From NCBI GenBank assembly GCA_008369845.1, contig MRSU01009705.1, forward strand, positions 1 to 41,752: a stretch of DNA of 41,752 bases. Direction: 5' to 3'. How positions within the stretch are numbered: the first letter of the stretch is position 1; every line of letters begins with the position of its first letter. Source of the stretch: Trichomonas gallinae. Taxonomy: Eukaryota. A program made the position numbers and the translations under genes. The notes under the pieces were generated by a model that saw only the letters and a program-made list of their open reading frames with translations, had not been told where the DNA came from and ran no database searches. Of this stretch, positions 1 through 10,301 are shown piece by piece.

Positions 1-176
1 AAGAAAAAAGGCAGCAATAATCATAATAAAGAAAAAAGGCAGCAATAATCATAATAAAGAAAAAAGGCAGCAATAATCATGATACAGAAAAAAGGCAGCA
101 ATAATCATGATACAGAAAAAAGGCAGCAATAATCATGATAAAGAAAAAAGGCGGCAATAATCATGATACAGAAAAA
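1..176. repeat. 28-bp tandem minisatellite, 6 full copies plus a partial one, probably cut by the window edge
   Basis: Unit (A/C)AGAAAAAAGGC(A/G)GCAATAATCAT(A/G)ATA starts at 1, 29, 57, 85, 113 and 141, with a partial copy at 169. The period is not a multiple of 3, so it is non-coding. Confidence 0.95.
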
Positions 177-664
177 GATCACAAATTACCGGATAAAGAA
201 AATAATGATGCTATAAAAGTATAATTCCGTTTTTCGCAGTTGCAAACATTTTTGAATTTATGTTGAAAAAATCATGAATAAAATCGAATTAGAATGAAAA
301 CGTTGGGATGTTTCTTCATAAATATTAGTCATTTTTGAATTGGTGAGGCTACTTTTCTCTGGTTGAATTTGAGAATTCATGATCAAATCTTTGTATAACT
401 CAGTGAACTCCCTGATTTTGTTTGTTAAATGTTTAGTGTGCTATAACTTTTTTGAAGATTATATGATGATGTGTAACAGTAAAATAACCATTTTTAGTTA
501 AGATTTTGATGATTTTGTTATTTTTTTGGTTGCAATTGTTTTTAAAGTTATTAATAGTCTGATTTATTGGCAAATATATCAATAATTAGCTTTTATAAGC
601 TTGTAATATCCCCTTCTTAATATTATCAGCCCCCAAATATTTTGATAAAAAATTATTTTTGCCT

Positions 665-2677
665 ATGTTACCGAATTCGGAAGAAAGCATAGGCAAAGAT
701 AATGAAAAAACGTCGAAAATAGATACCAAAAACAGCAATTCTATGTTTTTCGATGTTTTAAATGAACTAATGTTCAAGAAAAAAATTCAATTTCCCGAAG
801 AGGGGACAATAATATATACGAGTCTCGAAAATGCAATAATATCGATAATAATCGAAAATAACTTTCAGCAAACAGGCATTACCATTGACAAATTAAAAGA
901 ATTTTCTTTTGGAACTTGGTATATTAATCTTAAACGAGAATATATACAAATTACAGGCATAATATTCGAAATTGAACTTGCTAAAAACTCTTTTGGAAAA
1001 TTTTCTTCGTTAAAAAGAAATAAGAATATGATAACAACTACAGTACGACACATTCCTGACCATTTTTCATTTAAATTCGATCCATTATATCATATATCGT
1101 TAGAAAATATGATTCAAAAGTTTATTAAAGAAAATTCAGAATTATTCCCATTATACTTTAGTGAATTCTCTTCAAAAATGTATGAACATGAAGTTAATAT
1201 TGGAATTCAGACTCATTTACGGCCTTGTGGTGATTGGAGAGTACTCTTTCGACATATTATCCAAAACACAATTGGATCCACTTATAAAGACATGATGATA
1301 TCGCTAGTTAAACCAAAAATACCAATAGTATCAGGAGATGAAGAGTTTCAAAATTTATATGAAATCTTACTTAAATATAACAACAATGGACCAATATATT
1401 ATGCAGATTTAATGAATTTAGCGCACAAACATGATTTATATTTAGAAGTATCTGATGAAAATGAGTTTTTAGATATGTTTTTAAACCAATCAAACACATA
1501 TCGTTTATTTGACTATGTAGGGTTCAAAACTATGACTGATATTTCCTTTACAAAGAAGTTTCATATTTATTATCCTAGTTTTGATCAAAGATTAATTAAA
1601 TTTTTGTCAGAAAACTATTTACATTATTACAGAGAACGAGTAATAAATAAATTTGGCAAAGAAATTGAAAACAGTCCACTTTTGTATCTTGATGATAATG
1701 AACAATTTTATACGCTTCAAGACGTCATTTATGTGAACTACTACGGAAATGTATATATTCATCAATTTTACAACGCAATTACAACAGAAATGGTCAAACA
1801 TAATAATTATTCAATCACAGATGAAATTCTCGATGCATGCGGTGACTATGAGATCCCAGTAACTTATAACAGAATCAACGCTGTGAAATTTGTTGACAAA
1901 AATATAATTTATGAATTTTTAGTTGGAAATGGAGAAGTTTCAGCAGATATTAGATCTAAACCATTACTATATCAAATGGCGACCAACAAAGCAACTAAGC
2001 CTTATCTTCCTCCAAAAAGAAAGCGAGGAAGACCGCCAATTAAGAAGGACGAAGATGAAATTGATGAAGATAACGAAACTAAAAAAGAAGAAAAATCAAA
2101 ATCCGTAAAACATGAGAAAAGTCAAGAAAAACCAACCAAAGGCAGAGTCAAGAAGTCAAAAAAGAAGAAGGGAAGGAAAGAACAGGCAGCTGACATTGAA
2201 GAAGAAACTAATCCTCAGCCAAAACCAGAACCAAAGAAACGGACAAAGCACAAGAACAAAGATGAGGATTATAAAGAAATTGAATCAGAAGAAGACAATT
2301 CTCCGCGGCCTAGCTACATAATGCCGAAATATTTACCAATGAATTCAGAATCGAGCAGCGAAACATCAGAATACGACTTAGAAGAATACCAGCAACCAGA
2401 ATTTATAAGTGAGCCTGATCCTAAGGTCGGATTCACTGCACAAAAGCAAGGAAGGAAATATGTCGAAATCGACATAACTGCGCCTAAATTTAACTATATT
2501 CCAGCGCGTCCAATTCCACCAATTGAAGAAGAGTTAAGGAGGATGAAAAATAACAGCAACTTCAGTTTAGACTGGGCAATTAAAACTCTTTATCCTAAAT
2601 ACTGCGGAACAATGGAAACTGAAGCATTCACTAAGTACGTTATTCATTGTCTTGGAAAGATAGAAGCTGTTTTATAA
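665..2677 (+). CDS. Hypothetical protein with an AT-hook-like motif and a K/E-rich disordered region (probably nuclear)
   Basis: Long ORF; first ATG at 665 (the track starts at TTG 659). PPKRKRGRPP matches the AT-hook core RGRP and is followed by NLS-like basic runs. Confidence 0.8.
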   Translation: MLPNSEESIGKDNEKTSKIDTKNSNSMFFDVLNELMFKKKIQFPEEGTIIYTSLENAIISIIIENNFQQTGITIDKLKEFSFGTWYINLKREYIQITGIIFEIELAKNSFGKFSSLKRNKNMITTTVRHIPDHFSFKFDPLYHISLENMIQKFIKENSELFPLYFSEFSSKMYEHEVNIGIQTHLRPCGDWRVLFRHIIQNTIGSTYKDMMISLVKPKIPIVSGDEEFQNLYEILLKYNNNGPIYYADLMNLAHKHDLYLEVSDENEFLDMFLNQSNTYRLFDYVGFKTMTDISFTKKFHIYYPSFDQRLIKFLSENYLHYYRERVINKFGKEIENSPLLYLDDNEQFYTLQDVIYVNYYGNVYIHQFYNAITTEMVKHNNYSITDEILDACGDYEIPVTYNRINAVKFVDKNIIYEFLVGNGEVSADIRSKPLLYQMATNKATKPYLPPKRKRGRPPIKKDEDEIDEDNETKKEEKSKSVKHEKSQEKPTKGRVKKSKKKKGRKEQAADIEEETNPQPKPEPKKRTKHKNKDEDYKEIESEEDNSPRPSYIMPKYLPMNSESSSETSEYDLEEYQQPEFISEPDPKVGFTAQKQGRKYVEIDITAPKFNYIPARPIPPIEEELRRMKNNSNFSLDWAIKTLYPKYCGTMETEAFTKYVIHCLGKIEAVL

Positions 2678-4935
2678 TATTAAAGTGTTATTTATTTCTA
2701 TTTATTATATCAAAATTAAATTTTTAATTTTTGCAATATAAATATATTCAGTAATGCAATATTTGCAAATTGTATGTGTTATTCACAATAGATATTTGGA
2801 AATATGATATTCAATATTTGTCTATAAGAATAATGATTACTATGATTGTGTATATCTCTTCATATAATATATAGTTGACTAGTGTCATTTGGTACAACAG
2901 AATAATTCATGAAAATTAATTGATATTTACATGACAGATTATGACATGTAAATATGTATTTTTGACATGTAAATACATCGACTTTTCCAGCAAGAAAAAG
3001 CTACTATTAATGTAACAGGTCAACCAACCTATGATAATCCTTATTTTTACTCCAAACTTTGTTAATAGATTATATCCACTAATATAATAATGTCTGCAAA
3101 GTTTGGGCTGATTTTGTTAGGATGATTCATAGATATATGCATTTTTGCGTCAGAACCACAAAATTTTTATAAAAATTTTTCTCTAAAAATATAGTTTTGG
3201 ATTCTATACCAAATACGCTAAAAATTGAAATTAATGACGATATGCGTCAATTTGTCCAAATCACAATCATGGGTATGATGAAACAATAATTATTTGTTTT
3301 ATCAATGCAGGAAAAGGCAATGAATTGTTTGTGAGGTTGTATTGTATGTGTTTAGGACATTTTTGTTCCATATCGAAAAATACGGAAAAAATTTTATGCG
3401 CAACACTCATAAATCACACTACAAACCCAGTATCTATCACTTATATGTTGATATAGTAGCACGAAAACCGCATTTGCATCTATTTTAGATGAATTCACGA
3501 TTAAAAACAACAGAATATGCCGATAATTTATATGTTTGTCACTGAATATTGCATTATATGGATATAAAAAGCATAATTCATGCATTAATTATTCTGTGTA
3601 CTGATTTTTAATCGTAATTATACTGGTTATTCATAATCCTTACTACCAAACCCATTTTTGGAGTAATTTTTATGTGTTCACATGGTTTTAATAGTGCTTC
3701 AATGGAGTAAATAATCAAAAAAAGATGAAATTTGATGTTGAAAAATATCAATAGGTGTAAACCAACATAAAAATTGCTGTGTTTAATACCAGCCAATAAA
3801 AACTAACTTATGACTAAATAAATGAGTAAGAATTATCTTTATAATAACAACAAAAAAAATTCTTCATGCGTGTAAATCGCTAGTTCTATGAGGTGATATT
3901 GACATTAGTGTTGTACACAGCAAATATATCAAGGATTATTCAGATGATGGCACTTAAATTTTCAATATTACAAATTATTCGCTATACACTCATAATCTAA
4001 TGAATTTCGATGCAAAATGATGTATAACATAGTGTTTGAATATTCAGATTCAACCAGGTCGATAATTAAGTCGGATATTGTCCAAATTCGATTAAAAAAT
4101 TTTCAATTCAACCAGAGATCATTAATTGATGTGTTATTATGCCCATTTACTGATGTGTTGGTTGTAATTATCGCATCCAAAACTAGATTTTTTGTCTTTT
4201 AAATTTTTTTTATCCGGCAAAAGTGACAATTAAATCTGATTGTTCGGCGGATTAGAATGATCTGTAACACTCTGTTGACGTAAAGAATAGATATTTCAAA
4301 GAAAAAAATGAGAATTGTGGTGAATTTTATAAGAAATTTACGATCAATGAAAACTGATAACAATCAAACCTCACTCACATCATAAACTCTTATCTCCACA
4401 ATACTGTTAGCGTTTAGCGAGGTTATAAATGGAAAAAAATTTCCAAATAAAAATTTGGAACGCACAATTCCATACAGAAACATTTATTCTAATAACAGAT
4501 ATAAAATTAGTCGTTCAATACCGTTTCAAAAAGTTTAATCCGATCAAAAAAAAAAAAAAAAAAAATTTGGGATCACATCTGAAATATTCGCATAAATAAT
4601 AAATTATTATGATTTAAATAAAAATTAAACAATTCTCAATTATTCGCATTTTTAATTTATATTGATATATATCAAATATTATATAATTATTTTTTTATAT
4701 AGTTTTTTATTGATATTAAAACATTTTGAGATTAAAATTAAAATTTTACGTAAAAATCATTAAAATATATATGGTTATGTGTTTTGGTGGTGATAATAAT
4801 TGAATAAAAAGCAGCAATCAAAAATATGAGAATTATTCAATTCAAATTTAGCCAACGAAGTGATATATGGCAATATTAGATAAAAATTTCATTTACGTTT
4901 TCTCACAAATAAATTCAATGTGATTGCAAACCATC

Positions 4936-4950
4936 TCACAATTTTTCATA
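4936..4950 (+). promoter_or_regulatory. Tandem initiator (Inr, TCA-Y-W) motifs of the GP63-like gene
   Basis: TCACA at 4936 and TCATA at 4946, shortly upstream of ATG 4957; match the trichomonad Inr consensus. Confidence 0.6.
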
Positions 4951-4956
4951 GGTAAA

Positions 4957-6849
4957 ATGTTCTTCGCTGTTTTGCTTGATGTGTGCTTGTATCATACTCA
5001 TGATTACGGCCATGCATGTGGTCTTGACATCATCAGTAGATATCAAGAGAATAATACACTCGAAATCAAAACAAAAAGGAATACATTAACTCAAAATGAG
5101 TTTGAACCGATAAGAATTGAAATAGATTATAGTTTTATAAATGGTTCTGAAAGAGACCCACAGATGTGTCATTTTGAAGGCGAAAAAGTCAAATGGGTTG
5201 AAAATTATACTTGCAGAAGCGCTAATATTCCATCTCAAGCTAAAATTGACGCTTTAATCGGCACATTAGAGAATGTAAGGAAGTTTTTGCAGGGAATGCT
5301 TAAAGTCGATAGATTAGAAGAGGGTTTCTATCTGAAAAACTACAGTTCTTTGACGAGTATACCAAGTAAATTCGTTAAAGATGTTGATTTACACCTTACA
5401 GTTGTCATCAGACCGTTCAACCCACAAGTTGAAACTGTTGCAGCAGCAGGACCTTCGCAGTCCGAAAACAAATTTTACAGACCTATTCAGGGCTTCGTTT
5501 TCATTAACCCTGCGTATATTCCAACCACCATTTCGGATGAATCTGATTGGAATAATGAATATTTCTATACGTTGTTGCATGAAATCATTCATATTCTTGG
5601 TATTTCCAACAACTTATACCAAAACTACCATCCAAAAGGCGTTTCCCAGATCCATGAGAATATCACTTGCCAATTCGTCAAATCAGGAAAGTTGTTCACA
5701 TTCCTGAATACCCCACATGCCCACCAATTCGCAGTGAAGCATTTCGGCGAAGAATACTTCTATGGCGATAATGGTGAAAAATGTTGGTCCGGCATCGAGC
5801 TTGAAGATGGTGGTGGCTATGGAACAAAGTACAGCCATCCAGAGTCCAGAGTATACGTATCAGAAATGATGGTCGGCGTCAGTATCCAAAATAAAAACGG
5901 GCCATTCAATAGAATCACAGATGTATCAGTAGCCATGCTTTTGGACACAGGAAACTACGAAGTCAACTGGTCCTACGTTAAGCCTATCGTATGGGGAAAC
6001 AAAGATTCCATTGATGGAAAATTCATTGATAATTTTGCAACGGGACCAGCCCAGCTTGTCTTCCCATCCTACTACATGTACAATTCCACATATAATGCCA
6101 ATGTCGGATTTGATTTCAAGTACATCGGTAAGTTCGGAGAATTAATCGATACAACGAATATCTGTCCGTCAAGTAGCATTGCATTAAATTCATACTGCAA
6201 AGGCTCTGAGTTCTATAACATCCTCAAAAACGAGAAAATTGGACAAACTTGGCATTACGATTTCATTACTCTGAAGTATCCATCAACAATCTGTGCTAAA
6301 GGAGAAGGCGCTATTGAAGGCATGATGACATGTGGTGAATACACGTGCGATAACTTTGATAGCTTCGAGATTGAAATCAGAAAAGCAGATAAGTACAATA
6401 AACAGCTGATTATGAATTGTTCAAAGGACTCTGTTGGTAAAACAACAGATTTCATATACAAAGATGATTGGAGAACATACCATGTAACTGCTGTTTGTCC
6501 AGAACCAGAAAGATTCTGCAGATCAGTTACTTTGAACGAAATGCACTATGATTCTAATCCGCTATCCCCAGATTATCAGTTGAAACTCAACCCAAAGTCA
6601 ACACCAATCGTATATAAGACATCAAAATTCTCAATTAGGCCAATTACGCTCGTCATCATTGGCATCAGTGTCATCCTCGTAGTCATTGTATGCTTAGCCA
6701 TTTATTCAATCGTTCTTATCCTCAAAGGAAACCAACAGAGCGAAATAAAAAAAGTGAACAAAGTTCAGAAGAAAATTGCTCAAGCCAAACCAGATTTGAT
6801 CCAAGTACTTGATGGAGACGAGAACCCAGAACAACAATACCATGTTTAA
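4957..6849 (+). CDS. GP63-like / leishmanolysin (peptidase M8) zinc metalloprotease, type I membrane protein
   Basis: LLHEIIHILG (HExxH), ELEDGGGYGTKYSHPE (third zinc ligand region), SEMM Met-turn, Cys-rich C-terminal part, hydrophobic N-terminus MFFAVLL, TM helix ITLVIIGISVILVVIVCLAIYSIVLIL and cytosolic tail. First ATG at 4957. Confidence 0.93.
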   Translation: MFFAVLLDVCLYHTHDYGHACGLDIISRYQENNTLEIKTKRNTLTQNEFEPIRIEIDYSFINGSERDPQMCHFEGEKVKWVENYTCRSANIPSQAKIDALIGTLENVRKFLQGMLKVDRLEEGFYLKNYSSLTSIPSKFVKDVDLHLTVVIRPFNPQVETVAAAGPSQSENKFYRPIQGFVFINPAYIPTTISDESDWNNEYFYTLLHEIIHILGISNNLYQNYHPKGVSQIHENITCQFVKSGKLFTFLNTPHAHQFAVKHFGEEYFYGDNGEKCWSGIELEDGGGYGTKYSHPESRVYVSEMMVGVSIQNKNGPFNRITDVSVAMLLDTGNYEVNWSYVKPIVWGNKDSIDGKFIDNFATGPAQLVFPSYYMYNSTYNANVGFDFKYIGKFGELIDTTNICPSSSIALNSYCKGSEFYNILKNEKIGQTWHYDFITLKYPSTICAKGEGAIEGMMTCGEYTCDNFDSFEIEIRKADKYNKQLIMNCSKDSVGKTTDFIYKDDWRTYHVTAVCPEPERFCRSVTLNEMHYDSNPLSPDYQLKLNPKSTPIVYKTSKFSIRPITLVIIGISVILVVIVCLAIYSIVLILKGNQQSEIKKVNKVQKKIAQAKPDLIQVLDGDENPEQQYHV

Positions 6850-7048
6850 TTTATATTATTTTCTATATTATGTTTGTATTATATTAACATATATTATATT
6901 AATAAACTATCTATCCTATCAAACTCTTGCTTTTTAAGTATTGTTACCGTTTAACAAATGAATATTTTTACATTCGATATTTGATTTAAGGATTTATATA
7001 ATCATATTGTGTTATAAAATACAATACAGAGTGTTTTAAAACCAAGAA

Positions 7049-7563
7049 TTAGTCGTAAACTTGGAATAATAACGCAAAAGCAGAATTAAGATTATCACAA
7101 AGAGAATGTTCTAACGGGATACTCTCGCAAATACAATTTATATCTGCTGGGCAAATATTAGTAGATATTTTGACATAATTAAGTAAAATATCATCAATAA
7201 CTTTGATATCCTAACTTTGGATCTTAATATTTGAAAAACAATTGACAAATCTTATTGTTGATCCAAATAATTCCTTGTTTGTATTCATAAATATTGAATC
7301 ATTTTTGATCCATTGATGAAGTTACAATGATGTGCAGGGCCTCCACAATTGACAAGTTCTAACAAAGCAAAATCACCTACTCCATCTGCGCATTGGGAGA
7401 ATGTAACATTACTACCTGGCTGACATTTCCAAATTGTCACCAAATTGCCACCCATTATACCATAATTACTCGAGCAATTCACAGATGTCACTTTTAGAAC
7501 CTTATAATGTAAAGCGATTGCATGATAATATAATAGGGTCTTGAGAAATATAACAGGGTCCAT
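7049..7563 (-). pseudogene. Relic of a Cys-rich surface-protein gene resembling the 39898-40875 family
   Basis: The ORF piece ...VNCSSNYG...SNVTFSQC...HCNFINGSK continues after a frameshift near 7300 as DSIFMNTNKELFGSTIRFVNCFSNIKIQS, then TAG (7211-7213), then DIKVIDD...NICPADINCICESIPLEHSLCDNLNSAFALLFQVYD to TAA at 7049. The 5' boundary is uncertain. Confidence 0.6.
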
Positions 7564-7921
7564 GAATATAATATTTGAATTAAAAATTATCGTTATTGTA
7601 AACTATTTGTTGATTTTGTCGAAATATTGTTATTAGAGATATCATAATTTAGAGTAGAATTATATCACATGGGGAAGATATTGGAGTATCTCTTAATGGA
7701 AGATATGCGGTGTTATTAGACATGGAAGATATTTCATGTGAACATTTAACAAAAAAACCGGGATTTTAACTTATGAAGGTTCTTGTGTGATTAGTTTAAA
7801 GACCATGATTTATAATTTAAGCCTTTTGACTTTTTTATTTTCCCAAAATTATTATTTCGGTTCATGTATATAAAGTAGACTTTACTTAAAAGGCATTATA
7901 ATGTATCGCAAATTATTTACT

Positions 7922-9040
7922 TTAGAAAAGGTTCTTGCCGCTGAAATGCTTCTTAATTGCCTCATATGGCCAGACACCAATCCTGCCGTCGTTGGAGCAT
8001 GTAGTGAAAGCATCTTTACGAAGGCGAATACCAAGGATAATGTTATTGTGGATTTGCTGTGCGCCACTAGCTGGCTGAGCCTTGCCGCCGAAAGCAGCCA
8101 TCTTGGATGCAAGACCACCCTTAGCAGCACCAGTATTAGAATCGCGGATCTCTGGAATATCGATAAGGCCAAGATCAACCCACTCAGCGCCATCGAGGTA
8201 GAAGAGACGTGGTTGGCAGTCGAAACCAGCACCGATAAGAGCTGTCTCGCTGAGGAAGGCAATAGAAAGAAGTGGAAGGCCGTTGATGTTAATCTTATGA
8301 ACTGGAGCATCGCTCTGTTCGAATTCCTCCTTCTTGACGAAGCGGATGTAAGCGTCCTGGGAGGAATAAGCGATCCAGTTTCCGGATGGAGAAATAGCGC
8401 AGCAGTTTGCCCATCCCTGAGACTGGTAAGAGTTAACGACATAAACTGGCTTCTTGGATGCCTTTTCGCCCTTTTCCTTCTTGGAAGCCTTCTTGCCAAT
8501 TTCATAAGCCTCGTCTTCGTCAGATGTTAAGTAGTAGCAGCGGCGATCTGTGGTAGAAAGGATGAAATGAACACCATCTGGCATAATATCAAGAACAAGA
8601 CCTGTTGGAGCCTTGTGGTTGATTGTGCGAGATTTCCACATATTTTCCTTTTCATCGAAAGTGCAAACGCGAGCCTTATTGGTTCCAGTAGCAACAATGA
8701 AAGATTTGCCATCTGGAAGCCATCTAACATATGTAGCAGCGCGTTTGAGCTTAAGAATAACGAGGTCCCTGCGCCAGGTTTTCTCCTTAGCATCATATGT
8801 CCAAACGTAAGCGTTTCTATCATGGGAGCATGTGACAATTTTATCTGTGGCATGGCACCAGTCAACAGAGGAAATAACTTGTGTGTGTTCTGAGAGTGTG
8901 TCAACTAATTCGAATTTCTTTCCAGTAACTTTGTAAATTAAAAGGTCACCGTTGTTCGGGCACATGGCGAGCATAGTATTGTCCTTATTCCAGGCATGGC
9001 ATGAGATCGGGGCGTCAACGAGATCGAGTGGATATGCCAT
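7922..9040 (-). CDS. ARPC1: Arp2/3 complex subunit 1 (p41-Arc), WD40 repeat protein
   Basis: PISCHAWNKD...AMCPNN, HTQVISSVDW, IVTCSHDRNAYVW, LVILKLKRAATYVRW and FTTCSNDGRIGVW are ARPC1 signatures. GC-richer codon usage suggests high expression. Confidence 0.95.
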   Translation of the reverse strand: MAYPLDLVDAPISCHAWNKDNTMLAMCPNNGDLLIYKVTGKKFELVDTLSEHTQVISSVDWCHATDKIVTCSHDRNAYVWTYDAKEKTWRRDLVILKLKRAATYVRWLPDGKSFIVATGTNKARVCTFDEKENMWKSRTINHKAPTGLVLDIMPDGVHFILSTTDRRCYYLTSDEDEAYEIGKKASKKEKGEKASKKPVYVVNSYQSQGWANCCAISPSGNWIAYSSQDAYIRFVKKEEFEQSDAPVHKININGLPLLSIAFLSETALIGAGFDCQPRLFYLDGAEWVDLGLIDIPEIRDSNTGAAKGGLASKMAAFGGKAQPASGAQQIHNNIILGIRLRKDAFTTCSNDGRIGVWPYEAIKKHFSGKNLF

Positions 9041-9058
9041 AATAAATAATTTCTATCC

Positions 9059-9067
9059 AAAAGTGAC
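9059..9067 (-). promoter_or_regulatory. Inr (TCACT within GTCACTTTT) upstream of ARPC1
   Basis: Minus-strand TCACT at 9062-9066, about 21 nt upstream of the ATG; a second AAAAGTGAC copy lies at 9101-9109. Confidence 0.55.
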
Positions 9068-10301
9068 GGTTTTAATGGGACAATTTGTTCTGACGATAAG
9101 AAAAGTGACTTGTCATTTTTTTCACTCCGAAATTATTTTTTTTTTTAGAGTGGTTTTTGACTATCTGGACTTTATCTATAATACTAACTTCATTCGTTGA
9201 TAATAATATATTAATTTGAAATGGAATTTATTATTGTTATCATTATGATGAATTCTAATTTTTTCGTTTTTGGTTAATGAAACTTTATCAGTGTTATTAT
9301 TATAACTTGTAGACAATAATATATTAGTTTGAAATAGTTTTAATAAATGATATCGAGATGATATTTCACATTTTTTCACTTATAACAATCGATTGTTAAT
9401 TATGCATTTACTATTGTATAGACTCATAGATTTTCCTATTTTTATGACTTAAAAGTGATTTCTCTTTACTCGGAAGAAAAATGACAGTGTCAAAAATTCA
9501 CTTCACATTAATCAAAAATAGCATATAATAAGGGTTTTTGTGCATTCGATACCTAATAAATAGCTTTGTTAGGTACATGTATATGTATATGAAGACTTAC
9601 AAATGATTCTGACTTAATATTTTAGATGAAATCAATTCAATTTTTGATTTAGTTGAATATTAGCAATGTTTAATGTATACCATGCTGATTCTTAACAACA
9701 CCCTATATCTAGTTTTGTCAAACTTTTCTAAATATCGATAGAAAATTTAAATTAGCACAGCTTGCTTTTCTAATTCAAACTTTATGATCACCATATGCTT
9801 ATAAAGCTAGTTTCATTTCCTATTGATATTCTTTTTTCTTTTCATGTATTCGACAAATCGGTTGGTCTTTGAAATTGTCTTAAATTCATCTATAATTACT
9901 AGTTTTTGTCTTTATATTATGATATTCTTATCCGAAAAAGCACCCAAGATCAAATAATTCAAATTGATTATCAATATGAGGTTACATGATTTAATTTAAG
10001 TATATTATGGATATCTAAGAGATGTAAAATATTCTGGTCGTTCCTTGGCTTCTAATGCTTCAAGAAATAATAGAAATCAATCAAACATGACATGGTATGT
10101 TTTTAAATGAATTTTTATGCAGCATAGATGATAGAAAATAAATAAATAGCACTATTGCAATCAATAATAGCAAAATATATTTTGATAAAAATATTCATAC
10201 GGAAGTAGTTATATTCTAGATATAATAGAAATATAGGTATTGAAAACAGTTATAATATCATACAAAACAATTTAAAACAATAAAAAACAAAAAATAATTT
10301 T

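Noticed and set aside
1..176. CRISPR-like array
   Set aside because: Units are directly adjacent with no unique spacers; eukaryotic context and no cas genes.
3160..3179. Perfect 20-bp palindrome AAAATTTTTATAAAAATTTT
   Set aside because: AT-only and low complexity; plausible by chance here.
3394..4202. Short intergenic ORFs (61-63 aa)
   Set aside because: AT-driven composition with no motifs or Inr support.
4546..4565. A20 run as a retroposon tail
   Set aside because: No target-site duplication or recognisable upstream element; homopolymers are common in this AT-rich DNA.
7882..8904. Long overlapping ORFs (207 aa, 209 aa antisense, 125 aa) over ARPC1
   Set aside because: Explained by the GC-richer biased codon usage of ARPC1; no recognisable motifs.
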